A stretch of DNA of 64,000 bases from an uncultured delta proteobacterium (GCA_963808235.1 CAWEEQ010000004.1:544001-608000), one strand, 5' to 3'; counted from the stretch's first letter, positions 8,502-20,999 are shown. The notes: generated by a model from the letters alone, not told the origin. Numbers and translations: made by a program.

Positions 8502-9560
8502 ATGGCAGCCGGCAATCTCCGCTCCTGGATCTTCGCGACCGCGATAATCCTCGCATCCTGCTCCGCCGATTCAACGCAGCGAATGTCTCAGGCTATGGGC
8601 GTCGAGAGTCAACAATCGCAACAGCAGCTCGACTCTCAGAACTCCAGCTCGGCGCCGGCCTGGTTGAATGAGCTGAACCGGCTCCGTGCGACTGGCGGTC
8701 TAACGCCGGTTGGTGAGAATGCCGAGCTTAGCCGCGACTGCGACGCCCATGCGAAATATCTCGTCGAACAGGGCCCGCCCGGTGCGCCTCAGTTTGTAGC
8801 GTATGAAATGGCTCTCGGACTTGGCGCTCATCACGAAGATACGACCAGCCCGCATTTCACTGCGGCGGGCGCCGAGTGTGCGGCGGGCGGCAAGCCGGAG
8901 CCGAACGTGTCGCAGAGCAATGACGTCGCATGGGGACGCGATCCGATCGATGACCTCGACGGTCTTTTCTATGATGCCCCGTTCCACCGGCTATCGCTGC
9001 TGGCCTCGTGGGCCAGCGTAGCTGGTTATGGTACCTACGGCGACTATCCGCGACGTGTTGGCACTCTGGCGCTGCGCGGAGAGGGCGGCATCGGCTCGCC
9101 CCTGATACGTTTCCCGACCGATGGCAGCACGGTCCCGATAGGACAGGTGCATAACTTCGAGATACCGAACCCGCTCTCATCATGCGCAGGTTACAGCCTG
9201 CCGGTAGGGCTTCCGATTACTGTCCAAGTCGGCTCTGGCTATCGAGGCAAGATGCTCTCATATTCGGTGCGCGGGCCAACCGGCGCTGTTGAGGTCTGCG
9301 GATTCGATTGGACGAGCTATCAGAATCCCGACTCCAGGACTCAACAGCTCGCGAGAGAAATCCTCCGCGCCTTCGGAGCGATCGTTCTTATTCCGCGCGA
9401 GCCTTTAGCCAACGGCCGCTATGCGGTTGCAGTATCGACCGGACGGCAGAACTTCGAATGGAGTTTTACTGTCGCCTCGAATACCTCAGCCGTCGTGACG
9501 CCCGCCTCGAGGGATAAAGCGCTCGTGTTCATGAAGCTTAACCCGCGTCGCGATGACTAA
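8502..9560 (+). CDS. CAP/SCP-domain putative lipoprotein
   Basis: Lipobox-like LASC, LNELNRLRATGGL..CDAHAKY..APFHRLSLL. Confidence 0.8.
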   Translation: MAAGNLRSWIFATAIILASCSADSTQRMSQAMGVESQQSQQQLDSQNSSSAPAWLNELNRLRATGGLTPVGENAELSRDCDAHAKYLVEQGPPGAPQFVAYEMALGLGAHHEDTTSPHFTAAGAECAAGGKPEPNVSQSNDVAWGRDPIDDLDGLFYDAPFHRLSLLASWASVAGYGTYGDYPRRVGTLALRGEGGIGSPLIRFPTDGSTVPIGQVHNFEIPNPLSSCAGYSLPVGLPITVQVGSGYRGKMLSYSVRGPTGAVEVCGFDWTSYQNPDSRTQQLAREILRAFGAIVLIPREPLANGRYAVAVSTGRQNFEWSFTVASNTSAVVTPASRDKALVFMKLNPRRDD

Positions 9561-10282
9561 ACGCCTTTTCGTAGCTGCTCTTCATAGAAACCCGCCAACG
9601 ACTCGAGCGCTAAGCTGACATCGCCTGAAAACGACGGGCCATGCATTACCGCCAGGTTGCGCGGCGACAGTGCGGCGAGCTTGCGAACCATCGGCGCCGT
9701 TTTTGGCGAGATCGCCGTGAATGAGAGCCGCCGCTCGACGTCGATCGCCGGCCCCACTATGTCTGCATCCGTCAATGCGGGTCCGTCACCCATCTGGGTA
9801 AAAAGATCGCTGCAGAAAAGCGTGCCGGTGTTCTCTTCGTAAATTAATCCCGCGTCCCAGCAGTGCGGCAGATGCGGTGTATCGATACGGCGAACTCTCT
9901 TTCCGCCGAGATCGAGCACCTCGCCGTTGCCGAGCGCGCGCGGCGGCCGCACCGCGGCATCCTTCAGCCAGATGTTGCAGCCAATATTGCCGTGCGCCGC
10001 CGTCGCGTTCGGCGCCGCGCCGAGCCATTCGTTCATCGATCCGCACTCGTCGGCCTCAACGTGGCTGAATGTGATCCAGCGTAACCGGTCGATCGCGATG
10101 ACTCCGCCGGCGGCTGCCGAAACCGACGGGAATAGAGATCGCTGCCCGCAATGAAACAGCAGCGGCTCGTCCGCGTCGATCAGAAACTGATTGAAGTTGA
10201 GGCCACCCGGACCAGCAGTTCCGGGAACAAAGGTGGATAGCCGGTAGATTTTGTCAGCGATCTCGTCGACTCGCGTTTCCAT
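9557..10282 (-). CDS. MBL-fold metalloprotein (FprA/ODP-like)
   Basis: SHVEADECG, TPHLPHCWD, LFCSDLF, MHG motifs. Confidence 0.88.
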   Translation of the reverse strand: METRVDEIADKIYRLSTFVPGTAGPGGLNFNQFLIDADEPLLFHCGQRSLFPSVSAAAGGVIAIDRLRWITFSHVEADECGSMNEWLGAAPNATAAHGNIGCNIWLKDAAVRPPRALGNGEVLDLGGKRVRRIDTPHLPHCWDAGLIYEENTGTLFCSDLFTQMGDGPALTDADIVGPAIDVERRLSFTAISPKTAPMVRKLAALSPRNLAVMHGPSFSGDVSLALESLAGFYEEQLRKGV

Positions 10283-10451
10283 TTCGGTATGCCTCTACTG
10301 ATTCGGATCTCTCTTGCCCCGGATTGGCGCCCCGTTTGGTTATATGAGTAACAATCAAAACATACTCAACGTTACCAGCCGTGGTACCGTAATGAGTGAT
10401 GAATGGAAAGCTAACGACGGACGCGAGAACACGGGGAGAGGCAAAATCACG

Positions 10452-10607
10452 ATGCTATTGATTCTCATCATCCTGCTGATTCTGTTCGGCACCGGCGGTG
10501 GCTACAGAACCTATCATCATGGAGCCAGGGATAAAGGCGGCTTGCTGATGCTGGTGCTGATGGTCGTATTGATAGTCTGGTTAGTCGACGGCGGCCTGCA
10601 CGTCTGA
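10452..10607 (+). CDS. Small two-TM membrane protein (DUF3309-like)
   Basis: MLLILIILLILFGTGGGY...GGLLMLVLMVVLIVWL, with GAGAGG upstream. Confidence 0.6.
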   Translation: MLLILIILLILFGTGGGYRTYHHGARDKGGLLMLVLMVVLIVWLVDGGLHV

Positions 10608-10703
10608 CCATTTGATCGCATCGTAGCCGGGAATTGCGTCGCGCCGTCTCCCTCTGCTCGACGGGCTTCCTCCTGCTAGGGTTTGCCCGTGCGACCCTCA
10701 AGT

Positions 10704-12014
10704 ATGCCCGAAGCACGCGGCGGCTCCGTGGAGTCGAGCCATGCCGACGACGCGCCATCGCGGCGGAAAATCCTCTCCTACTTTGCGCTGCTGAATCTCT
10801 CGGTTGGCTTGGGAACGCCGCTGACCGGACTCGCCACGATACCGATTTACTACATCCTGAAAGACCAGCTCCGCCTGGCGCCGTTCGAGCTCGCGATGTT
10901 CGTCGCGATTGCCAGCACTCCCGCTTACGTCGGCTTTCTCTTCGGCTTCATCCGCGATCGATGGCGCCCGCGCGTCTGGAACGATCGCGCCTACCTCTTG
11001 CTCGGCGGCGTGATAGCTCTGGGAGCCTATCTGTGGCTGAGCCGGGCGCCGACCGAATATTACGCGCTGCTCCGCGGGGTGGTGATCGCCGGCGTGGCAT
11101 ACACGATTATTGCCGCTGCCGCGCAGGGCCTGATGACTGTCGTGGCGCAGGCGCATCTGATGACCGGCCGGCTAAGCGTCGTTTTTGGATTCGGGATTTT
11201 TGTGCCCCTGGTCGTGTCAGCTTTGCTCGGCGGATGGCTGGTCGCGCACGTGTCGGCGCGCGGCACCTTCATCCTAGCCGGATGCGCGACGGCCGTGATC
11301 GTGGCGCAGGCGTTCTGGCAAATGGACGCGGCGCCCGGCCCGACCCGCCGCGACCGCGACGCCCCCGAAAGCGGCCTCTCCGCGCTCGCCCGCCTGATGG
11401 CGCATCGCCCAATCTGGCCAGCCGCGCTGATCTGGTTCCTGTGGAACTTTTCGCCGGGATGGGGAACTCCGATGTTCTATCATCTGACTCAAACGGTGAA
11501 GATTTCGAGCCAACTGTTCGGCACGTTCACCGCCCTGCAGTGGGGATTCTTTCTTCCGACCACCTTGCTCTATGGAGCCGTATGCCGGCGGATTCCGCTC
11601 GCGCAGCTCCTGTGGTGGGGCACGATCGTCGCGATTCTCCAGGGGCCGATCATGTTCTTTGCCGATAGCGCCGGCAGCGCAATCGCGGTGGCGATCGGGT
11701 TTGGCCTGTTCGGCGGTTTTGCCACCGCCGCATACATCGATTTGATCATGCGCTCCTGTCCCGCAGGCCTGGAGGGAAGCGGCGTGATGCTGTCCGGCGC
11801 GGCCCTTGCCATCGCAACCAATATTGGAAATTTGTTCGGCAGCTGGATTTACGATCGCGGCGGATTTGCGCTCGCGGTTATCGTCACCACGCTCGCGACC
11901 GCGCTGATTGTGCCGGTGCTATGGTGGGTTCCGGCCGATATCACGGCTACTCGCGAAGGCGAGCGCGCGCCGCTTCCGCCCTCGGGGCAACCTGGCCTCG
12001 AGCGGGTCGATTGA
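10704..12014 (+). CDS. MFS transporter (folate-biopterin/BT1-like)
   Basis: About 12 hydrophobic segments, FGFIRDRW, RSCPAGLEG. Confidence 0.8.
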   Translation: MPEARGGSVESSHADDAPSRRKILSYFALLNLSVGLGTPLTGLATIPIYYILKDQLRLAPFELAMFVAIASTPAYVGFLFGFIRDRWRPRVWNDRAYLLLGGVIALGAYLWLSRAPTEYYALLRGVVIAGVAYTIIAAAAQGLMTVVAQAHLMTGRLSVVFGFGIFVPLVVSALLGGWLVAHVSARGTFILAGCATAVIVAQAFWQMDAAPGPTRRDRDAPESGLSALARLMAHRPIWPAALIWFLWNFSPGWGTPMFYHLTQTVKISSQLFGTFTALQWGFFLPTTLLYGAVCRRIPLAQLLWWGTIVAILQGPIMFFADSAGSAIAVAIGFGLFGGFATAAYIDLIMRSCPAGLEGSGVMLSGAALAIATNIGNLFGSWIYDRGGFALAVIVTTLATALIVPVLWWVPADITATREGERAPLPPSGQPGLERVD

Positions 12015-12019
12015 CGCCT

Positions 12020-12060
12020 GAAAACGCGCGCGCCGCCCGGGAAAGCCGGACGGCGCGTGT
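12020..12060. terminator. Putative terminator hairpin between convergent genes
   Basis: acgcgcgcgccgcccgg-gaaag-ccggacggcgcgtgt stem with flanking A run. Confidence 0.5.
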
Positions 12061-12121
12061 CGTGATGATGAGTCGACGAATCTGGAGACGGTCTGCCTAG
12101 ACTAGACGATCCGCATCGGAG

Positions 12122-12424
12122 TTAATAGCGGGAATCGGCCCCGACTTCATCGTCGTCGCTACGCGTCGGGCCCACTCCGATTGCGCGAAAGAACAGTTTG
12201 GCGGCGAAAAGCTTATCGCCGACGCGTCCCTGAGACTTCAGGAAACCGCCGTGCCGCTTGCAGTGCGGACAGGCGATCGGCCCGCTTAACAGGCCCGCGT
12301 TCTCCGGCGTGATTTTAAGGTCGAACTTAAACCCGCAACCTGGATTCTGGCAAATCGTGCGATATACCACACCATTGCCGCCGCTCGTCCGCTTGGATTC
12401 ATGTTTGCTTGCTGCTGATTGCAT
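12122..12424 (-). CDS. Small putative zinc-ribbon protein
   Basis: CQNPGC...CPHC, strong GGAGGAGG RBS. Confidence 0.7.
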   Translation of the reverse strand: MQSAASKHESKRTSGGNGVVYRTICQNPGCGFKFDLKITPENAGLLSGPIACPHCKRHGGFLKSQGRVGDKLFAAKLFFRAIGVGPTRSDDDEVGADSRY

Positions 12425-12809
12425 TTTTTTCCTCCTCCCCTCTGGAGAGGTCGCTATCGGCTACCATAGCCAATTGCTAGAACCTTAGACGTAAACACTA
12501 CGTGAAAGTTTCAAGCAAGCCCCGTGCCCCCGCGCCTGGTTGGCGAGCGGATGCATTATTGAGTAAAATCAAGCAAAATTGGGTAGAGAACTCCTTTTAC
12601 TGAATCTTTGACTTTCCGGACTTCGCAAAAATTCCTGCAGGTTTTGCCATACGGTGACATTTCGGGACTGCAGCAGGCTGCCATAGATGTGATTTCGTCA
12701 AAAGGCTTTCGATGCCGTCGCGCTCAACCTATACTTGGCGGGCTGAACTTTCGAGCCGCGAAATGGGTCTTTCAGACCGCATGACCAGAAAACTGAAACT
12801 CTTGTTCCG

Positions 12810-14045
<1,236 letters not shown>

Positions 14046-14050
14046 TTACA

Positions 14051-15139
14051 ATGTCGTCCGCACCTTCATCCGCAACGTCTGAAGTAGACAACCGGCAATC
14101 GGCGCCTGCGGCGCGCGGCATATTGAGCCGCGGGACGGCGCCAGCAGGCTCCAGGAGCGGCGCCGCGAAGCCATCGGACTTTCCAGTCTCGCGCGGAATC
14201 GAGCAAAGCGCCCGTCTCGAGCTTGGACTCAAAGACCGGCTGATCTTCTGGATCATGGTCGCCGTGCTCCACGCAATCAGCATCCTTCCCGATTTCCTTC
14301 TCTATCCTCTCGGCGTTGCCGGCGGATGGCTCGCGTATCATCTCGATCGCCGCCACGCGCGAATCGGGATCCGCAATCTCGAGATCGCGTTTCCCGAGCG
14401 GACCGACGCCGAGCGCCGCGAAATACTGTGCGCCTCTTACATGAATCTTGGCCGGACCGGAGCGGAATACATCCGGCTCGGCGGATTTTTCTATCGCCGG
14501 CTCGCGCGCCGCGTCACTTACAACCGCGTCGACATCTGGAACGAACTCAAAAGGAAACATCCCGGAAAGGGCGCGCTGATCCTGACCGCGCACTTTGGAA
14601 ATTTCGAGCTGCTGCCCGCCGGTCACGCGCTGCACGGATTCCAGATAAGCCTGGTCCATCATACCCAGCGCTTTCTTGCCGGCGATGCGCTCATGACCTT
14701 CATCCGCGAACGCGCGGGCGTTCAGATCATCCGCAAGCACAAGGCCGCGCGCGAGATGCTGCGGACCCTGATGCGCGGCGACCTGATCGGGATTCCCTTC
14801 GATCAGAACGCCAAGCGCTCCGAGGCAATCTGGGTCCCTTTCTTCGGTGAGCTGGCCGCGACCCCGAGCGGTTTCGATCGACTCGCGATGATCGCGGGCG
14901 CGCCGGTCGTGCCGGCCTTCATCGTCCGCCAGCCGGACGGCCGCAGCCACGTGATCGAAGTCTACGAAGAGATCGAACAGCAGCGCACCGGCGACAAGGA
15001 AGCGGACGCGCTTGCGAACACAGCCCGCTACCAGCAGGCAATCGAAGAGATGGTCCGCGCCCACCCCGACCAGTGGCTATGGACCCACCGCCGCTACCGC
15101 ACCCGCCCCGTCAGGGGAACCCCGTCGCTGTACGCCTGA
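14051..15139 (+). CDS. Lipid A late acyltransferase (HtrB/LpxL family)
   Basis: TAHFGNFE, FDQN, HPDQWLWTHRRY. Confidence 0.9.
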   Translation: MSSAPSSATSEVDNRQSAPAARGILSRGTAPAGSRSGAAKPSDFPVSRGIEQSARLELGLKDRLIFWIMVAVLHAISILPDFLLYPLGVAGGWLAYHLDRRHARIGIRNLEIAFPERTDAERREILCASYMNLGRTGAEYIRLGGFFYRRLARRVTYNRVDIWNELKRKHPGKGALILTAHFGNFELLPAGHALHGFQISLVHHTQRFLAGDALMTFIRERAGVQIIRKHKAAREMLRTLMRGDLIGIPFDQNAKRSEAIWVPFFGELAATPSGFDRLAMIAGAPVVPAFIVRQPDGRSHVIEVYEEIEQQRTGDKEADALANTARYQQAIEEMVRAHPDQWLWTHRRYRTRPVRGTPSLYA

Positions 15140-15297
15140 GTTCCTCCGCGAAGCAGACCTTTGCGCAACGAGCGCTGCCACGAGGTTCCCAATAGCCTCG
15201 CCCCTCGGGTGAGGGCGCTCGAATCGAGCTGAATGGGTGCCTACCCGCAAAACCACGAACCATAGTGTAAAATGTCGATTTCGCCTCAAATCGACCA

Positions 15298-16221
15298 TCA
15301 CGTTATACGCCGTTTTAGCCACGCTTTGCCGAGCGACCACGTGATCAACCAGCCGATTTTTCCGCGCCCGGTCAGCGGACGGATCGCGACAAAAATGACT
15401 ATCGCGATCACCCAGGCGGCTGCGCCGCCGATCAGCGGAATCGGACCGGCGCCGGCAATCCACCACGGCAGGGCGCCACGTCCGAGAACGATCTTCGGCC
15501 ACAGCTTCGCGCCGAGCACGAATCCGCAGTGCAGGCCCATCGAAAAATACACGCTTCCGGTGATCAGAAACGCTTCGCCAAGCACGATTCCGAGCAAAAA
15601 TAGCCCGATCAGAGTCGGAATCGCAGTCGCGGGATGACTCAACTGGTCAATGCTGTGCCCGAGCGTCACGAGTCCGGCGGCAGGCTCGTATCGGGTCACA
15701 TAAAAATGCGCCGGTGATCGCACCAGGTGCGCGACCGCATAGAATGCCGCGCTCGCGAGGAGAGCTACCCGGTTGCCGAAGTCTGTCTTCAATCCGCCGA
15801 GCAGAAATGCTCGGAAGAATCCTTCTTCGATAATTGCAATCGCGATCGCCGACAAGATGTAACCCGGAACGCGCGATTCGACTGCTCCGAAACCGCCCAT
15901 GCCACTGCCGCTGGCTCTCAGAGCCAGTGCAAACAGAATCGCAAGCGCGCAAAACGCTACGATGAGCCCGCGAATCACGCGCGCCGAGCTCTCCCGCACC
16001 GGATGCACGAAGCCGCCTCTCAGCAGCGCGACGAGCTTCAAGTCGCGCGCCGCCCAAATCATCGCGAGCAGCAGCGTCGCCATCACGGTCCGATCGAAGA
16101 TTCGCGGAAACGGATAGCGCCATCCTGCCGATGCCACCGCGACCGCTGCGATCGGCGCGACGATCACTGCCGCAATCAATCCGGCGACCAGTGCGAGCGC
16201 GAACTTCGCCGTGAACGACAT
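15298..16221 (-). CDS. CPBP (Abi/CAAX) intramembrane glutamic protease
   Basis: IIEEGFFRA, FYAVAH, SMGLH. Start ATG at 16221. Confidence 0.88.
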   Translation of the reverse strand: MSFTAKFALALVAGLIAAVIVAPIAAVAVASAGWRYPFPRIFDRTVMATLLLAMIWAARDLKLVALLRGGFVHPVRESSARVIRGLIVAFCALAILFALALRASGSGMGGFGAVESRVPGYILSAIAIAIIEEGFFRAFLLGGLKTDFGNRVALLASAAFYAVAHLVRSPAHFYVTRYEPAAGLVTLGHSIDQLSHPATAIPTLIGLFLLGIVLGEAFLITGSVYFSMGLHCGFVLGAKLWPKIVLGRGALPWWIAGAGPIPLIGGAAAWVIAIVIFVAIRPLTGRGKIGWLITWSLGKAWLKRRIT

Positions 16222-16247
16222 CGCCGATCGCGAATGGAGACTCAGAT

Positions 16248-16970
16248 TCAGCGCGGGCGCTCCGGATCGAACTGCGGCTCGAGAATCGTTTCGACCGGAC
16301 ACGAGCTCGTGGGAGAGCTGATGATTTGCATCACCGCTTTCGCGACCGCGGCCGGCGACAGCATCGCGTTGCGATCGAGCCGCTTGTTGTTTGGAATGAG
16401 CGCCGTATCGACAAGTCCCGGAGTGATGACCGCGAGTTTGACGCCGTGCTGCCGAAGTTCCGCGAACGACGCGTGCGTGAACGCGACCAGCCCCGCTTTG
16501 GTAGCCGCATAGACCGCCTCGCCGGCCGGCATTTTGCGCGCCGCTGACGACGCGACATTGATGATTGTGCCGCTGCCCTGCGCCGTCATCCGCGCCGCGG
16601 CCATCCGAGTGAGCGCGATCGGCGCGCGCAGGTTCACGGCAAGCATCCGGTCCTGATCGTCGCCACGAGTCTTGGTGAGCGGCGTCCGCGGCGGCGCCCA
16701 TCCCGCGTTGTTCACCAGCACGTCGATACGTCCGTAGCATTCGAGCGCGGCGTCGATCAGAGAATCGGGCGCGTCGATTTCGGCGAGATCGATCAGCACG
16801 ATCAGAGCGCGATCCGGCGGCAGCCCGGTCAGCGCGCGCGTCTCTTCGAGCTGCTCGCGAGTGCGCGCCGCGAGGCACAATGAGAACCCCGCCTGCGCGA
16901 GCTCGAGCGCGATCGCACGTCCGATACCACGGCCGGCGCCGGTAACAATCGCGACACGATCGTCACTCAT
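16248..16970 (-). CDS. Short-chain dehydrogenase/reductase
   Basis: TGAGRGIG, NNAG, YAATK. Confidence 0.92.
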   Translation of the reverse strand: MSDDRVAIVTGAGRGIGRAIALELAQAGFSLCLAARTREQLEETRALTGLPPDRALIVLIDLAEIDAPDSLIDAALECYGRIDVLVNNAGWAPPRTPLTKTRGDDQDRMLAVNLRAPIALTRMAAARMTAQGSGTIINVASSAARKMPAGEAVYAATKAGLVAFTHASFAELRQHGVKLAVITPGLVDTALIPNNKRLDRNAMLSPAAVAKAVMQIISSPTSSCPVETILEPQFDPERPR

Positions 16971-17080
16971 CTGGAGTGTGCTCCGATGGCGCTGGCTTGC
17001 ACTGGGGTAAAGGCTCGCACAGACTGACGATAATATCCGGGCCGGCCCGATGAGGGCCACCGACTTGGAAAGCGCGATGT

Positions 17081-18440
17081 ATGATGAATAGCCAGGTTTT
17101 CCGCGAATACGATATCCGCGGCATCGTCGAAAATGACTTCGACGACGCCTTCGTAGTCGATCTCGGGCGCGGATACGCAACGCTGCTGCATCGCGCTGGG
17201 AAGAAAACGATCACGCTCGGGCGCGATTGCCGCCTCTCCTCAGATCGCTTGCACGATCGCTTGATCGAAGGCCTGCTCCCGGCCGGCATCGACGTGGTCG
17301 ACGTCGGCGTGGTGCCGACGCCGCTGCTCTACTTTTCGGTGCTGAGCTGGAAGATGGATGGCGGTGCGATGATCACCGGCAGTCATAACAGTGCCGAGTA
17401 CAACGGCTTCAAGCTCGGGGTCGGCCCGACGACGATTCACGGCGCCGAGATTCAGCGGCTGCGCGAGATAATCGAGCGCCGCGATTTCGCGACCCGCGGC
17501 GCGAAAGGCAAGCTCTCGGAGCGCCCGGTCGTCCCCGACTACAACGATTTCATCCTCTCGCAGTTCAAGTTGAAGCAGGGTCTCAAGGTGGTCGTCGACG
17601 GCGGCAACGGATGCGGCGGCGTCGTCGCGGCGCCCCTGATGAAACGGCTCGGACTCGAAACGATCGAACTCTATACCGAGATGGACGGCCGCTTCCCGAA
17701 CCATCATCCCGATCCCACGGTCGAGGAGAACATGCGCGATCTGATCGCCGCGGTGAAAAAGAATCGCGCGGATATCGGTATCGCATATGACGGCGACGCC
17801 GATCGCGTCGGCGCGGTCGACGAGAACGGCAGGATCGTGTGGGGCGACGAGCTGATGGTCGCGTTCTCGCGCGCGATTCTGAAAGAGCGGCCCGGCGCGA
17901 CAATTATCGGCGACGTCAAATGCTCCAAACGGATGTACGACGATATCGCGAGCCACGGCGGCCGCCCGATCATGTGGAAGACCGGCCATTCGCTGATCAA
18001 GAGCAAACTGAAAGAGGAGCACGCCGCGCTCGCCGGCGAGATGAGCGGGCACATGTTCTTCGCCGACCGCTACTTCGGCTTCGACGACGCGATCTACGCC
18101 TCGTTCCGCATCCTCGAGATCCTGAGCCGCGAGGGACGCGGACTCGCCGCGATCCTGGCCGATCTTCCGCAAGAGTCACTTCACGCCTGAGATTCGCCTC
18201 GACTGTCCCGACGATCGCAAATTCGAAGTGGTGCGCCGCGCCGCCGATTTCTTTCGCCGCAATTACGAGGTGATCGATATCGACGGAGTGCGGGTGAACT
18301 TTGCCGACGGATGGGGCCTGGTGCGCGCATCCAACACGCAGCCGGCGCTGGTCATGCGCTTCGAAGCTAACAGCGACACGCGACTCGCCGAGATTCGCGC
18401 GCTGTTCGAAAACAAGCTCCGCGAGCTAGGCGCGATCTGA
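17081..18440 (+). CDS. Phosphomannomutase/phosphoglucomutase (AlgC-like), one-base frameshift at ~18168
   Basis: FREYDIRG, ITGSHN, DGDADR, GEMSGH. C-terminal DGVRV..GWGLVRASNT lies in the shifted frame. Confidence 0.92.
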
Positions 18441-18451
18441 GCCATTCGAAG

Positions 18452-19522
18452 ATGCCCCAAACTTCCCGGCTAGCGCCGGCCTCGGTACTGATTATCGCGG
18501 GCGGCCGCGGCACGCGCTTCTGGCCCGCAAGCCGGGAGGCGCGCCCCAAGCCGCTCTTCTCGATCGATGGCAAAACGAGTCTGCTCGCGGACACGGTCGC
18601 GCGCCACATTCCGCTCATTCCGCGCGAGCGAATTTTCGTTCTAGCCGCTGCGGCGCATCAGGCGCCGTTTCGGCGTGCGCTGCAACGCCTGATTCCGGGG
18701 CGGAACCTGATCGTCGAACCGGACGCGCGCGGGACCGCGGTTGCAATCGCCTACGGCGCCGCGGTTATCAAGCGCCGGCTCGGAGACAACGTAATCGCCG
18801 CGGTTGCCGCCGATCATTACATCAGCACGCCGGCTGAGTATCGCCGCACTCTCGCCGATGCGATCCGTCTTGCCGCTACGCATGAATCAATCGTCGCGAT
18901 CGGGATTCCGCCGACTCGCCCCGAAACCGGCTACGGCTACCAGAAGATCGGTCGAAAAGTCGGCGCAGGATTCGTGATTGAGCGCTTCGTCGAGAAGCCG
19001 CCGCTCGCGCTCGCGCGCCGGATGGTTCAGTCGGGGAATTATTTGTGGAACGCCTCGATGTTCGTGGTATCGACGCGCACGCTCGCGCGAGAATTCGCCG
19101 AGCATTGCCCGCGACTCGGCACGGCCGCCGAAAAACTCGCGGCGACTGCGGGGACCGCGAAGCTCGCGCGCGCGTACCGGCGCCTCAAGTTCGATTCATT
19201 CGATCGCGTGATCATGGAGAAGAGCGCCCACGTGCTCGGCGTGCGCGCGCGCTTCCAATGGCATGACGTAGGCTCGTGGGAGGGTCTCCTGAAGGCGGTC
19301 GCCGACGCGCGCGGAAACGTGATGCGCGGCAACGTGATCGCGCTCGATTCCGGCCGCGTGCTGGCGCATTCGGACTCGCGGCTGATGGTGCTGCTTGGCG
19401 TGCGCGATCTTATCGTCGTGGATTCCGGCGACGCGATCCTGGTCGCGCATCGCGAGATGTCGCAGCATGTCGGCCGCGTAACCGCCGAGCTCCAGACCCG
19501 CGGCCTGCATCGTTATCTGTGA
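18452..19522 (+). CDS. manC: Mannose-1-phosphate guanylyltransferase
   Basis: AGGRGTRFWPASR..PK, PETGYGY, FVEKP, WHDVGSW. Confidence 0.9.
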   Translation: MPQTSRLAPASVLIIAGGRGTRFWPASREARPKPLFSIDGKTSLLADTVARHIPLIPRERIFVLAAAAHQAPFRRALQRLIPGRNLIVEPDARGTAVAIAYGAAVIKRRLGDNVIAAVAADHYISTPAEYRRTLADAIRLAATHESIVAIGIPPTRPETGYGYQKIGRKVGAGFVIERFVEKPPLALARRMVQSGNYLWNASMFVVSTRTLAREFAEHCPRLGTAAEKLAATAGTAKLARAYRRLKFDSFDRVIMEKSAHVLGVRARFQWHDVGSWEGLLKAVADARGNVMRGNVIALDSGRVLAHSDSRLMVLLGVRDLIVVDSGDAILVAHREMSQHVGRVTAELQTRGLHRYL

Positions 19523-19566
19523 AATTTCGATGCCCTTGTGCCGGATATCGGCAAAGAGTGCCGATG

Positions 19567-19770
19567 GCGAGCGTCGAGAAAGATCCGGGATTCTTCGCTT
19601 CGCGCAGAATGACAAACACATTGGACGCGGCGACTCGAAACCGGAACCGGCTTCGCTCGCGCGAAGCTGTCCGAGATCCTTCCTTCCGCTCGCGTCGCTC
19701 GCTTCGTCAGGATGACACAAAAGTGCTCGGCCGCGCCGACGCGCTCTCAAAAGAACTTTCAGATGACACA
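19567..19770. repeat. Cluster of GATGACA/TGTCAT-type intergenic palindromic repeats
   Basis: gcgagcgtcgagaaagatccgggattcttcgcttcgcgcagaatgaca (19567-19614) and a variant at 19673-19717. Near-identical to 29531-29578 and 29636-29683. Confidence 0.8.
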
Positions 19771-19808
19771 AAGATGAGATCGCAATAGACGCGAAGTCTG
19801 CTTCACAC

Positions 19809-20279
19809 CTAGTCGAGCGCCATCGCGTCGCATTTCATCGCTAGCTTGCGCAGCTCGCTTTCATGCTCGTCGTCTTCGTTCGCGAGTTGGCGGAGCTGAT
19901 TCGAAATCGCCTCGTTGACTGATTCCCACCCGACCGAGGCCAAGCGCAGTTCCGCCGCAAGCGAACCCAGCAGCGCGAGGTCGCCGCTGAGCCGCGCCCA
20001 ATTGTTCGATCCGTCGTGCAGCGGCAGTTCCGGCAGTTTCGCCCATACGTTGCGATCGGCAAGAATCGCGTTCAGCGCTTTCACGTGACGAGCTTCCTTC
20101 TCCGCGAGCGCGATGACGCCGGCCCTAACGTTCTGAGCAGGCAGCATTTCGGCGTGGCGGCGCATCCGCTCGACCAGGCCCTGATTATTTCCCGCGATTA
20201 CCGCGAGCTGCTCGAGCAGGCCGGCCTCACTCGATGCCGACGAACGCAACCTCTGAAAGAATCCCATACCGGTAGCCAT
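19809..20279 (-). CDS. Ferritin-like four-helix bundle protein
   Basis: Two ExxH motifs (EARH, EDDEH) on amphipathic helices. Confidence 0.65.
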   Translation of the reverse strand: MATGMGFFQRLRSSASSEAGLLEQLAVIAGNNQGLVERMRRHAEMLPAQNVRAGVIALAEKEARHVKALNAILADRNVWAKLPELPLHDGSNNWARLSGDLALLGSLAAELRLASVGWESVNEAISNQLRQLANEDDEHESELRKLAMKCDAMALD

Positions 20280-20375
20280 CTCCCCACCAACGCGCGCTGC
20301 TTTTAGGCCGTGAAATCCCGCGCCGCGACAATAGCTATTGGCATCGCGAACGGCGCTGTCAAGCGGGGCGGACGC

Positions 20376-20915
20376 TCAGGAATTGAATAGTGTGCGCACC
20401 AGTGAGGATTCGCGCCGGAAAAATCCCTGAGTGTGGTACGAATCCTCGAGGTGCAGAATTGCGTAATCTAAGTAATGCCCAATTTCATGCATCAGCGTGC
20501 GCACAAACGTCTTTGGCTTGACCACGTCATGACGCTGCGCCGTGCGCATCCACAGAACGATCGACGGCGGCGTTCGCCTGCGCGGATCGTATGGATAGAA
20601 CAGCCCGTGCAGCTCTCCGCGTGTGTTGCGAGGCCTGACGCCGCGCACCTCGACGCTGACCGGCGCAGCGCCGAGCCCGCGGCATATCTCCGCCGTGAGC
20701 GCGCGAGCGCAGGTGGCAGTCGCCGCGATGTTGTCGGCGTCCAGCGCGCGCATCAGCGCGGCCATCGCATTGCGCGCGGTGTCGCTGGGGACGAGGTCGA
20801 AGCGCTCGACTTCGTCGCTCTTCAGATAGGTTCGCTGCGCGCGCGACGAGAGCCGGTAGAAAAACGCCGGCAGTCGCGTCTCGGAATTTGTGCGCAAGGT
20901 CAGGCCGCTCGCCAC
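20376..20915 (-). CDS. Zincin-like (SprT-like) metalloprotein
   Basis: ELHGLFY..TLMHEIGHYLDY..SYHTQGF. Confidence 0.7.
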   Translation of the reverse strand: MASGLTLRTNSETRLPAFFYRLSSRAQRTYLKSDEVERFDLVPSDTARNAMAALMRALDADNIAATATCARALTAEICRGLGAAPVSVEVRGVRPRNTRGELHGLFYPYDPRRRTPPSIVLWMRTAQRHDVVKPKTFVRTLMHEIGHYLDYAILHLEDSYHTQGFFRRESSLVRTLFNS

Positions 20916-20999
20916 CGCACCTCCATCGGCCGGACACTCACTTCCGGCGCCTCATCCTCTTTCGTATGATCCACGCAATAGGCAGAAGGGGCAACCATC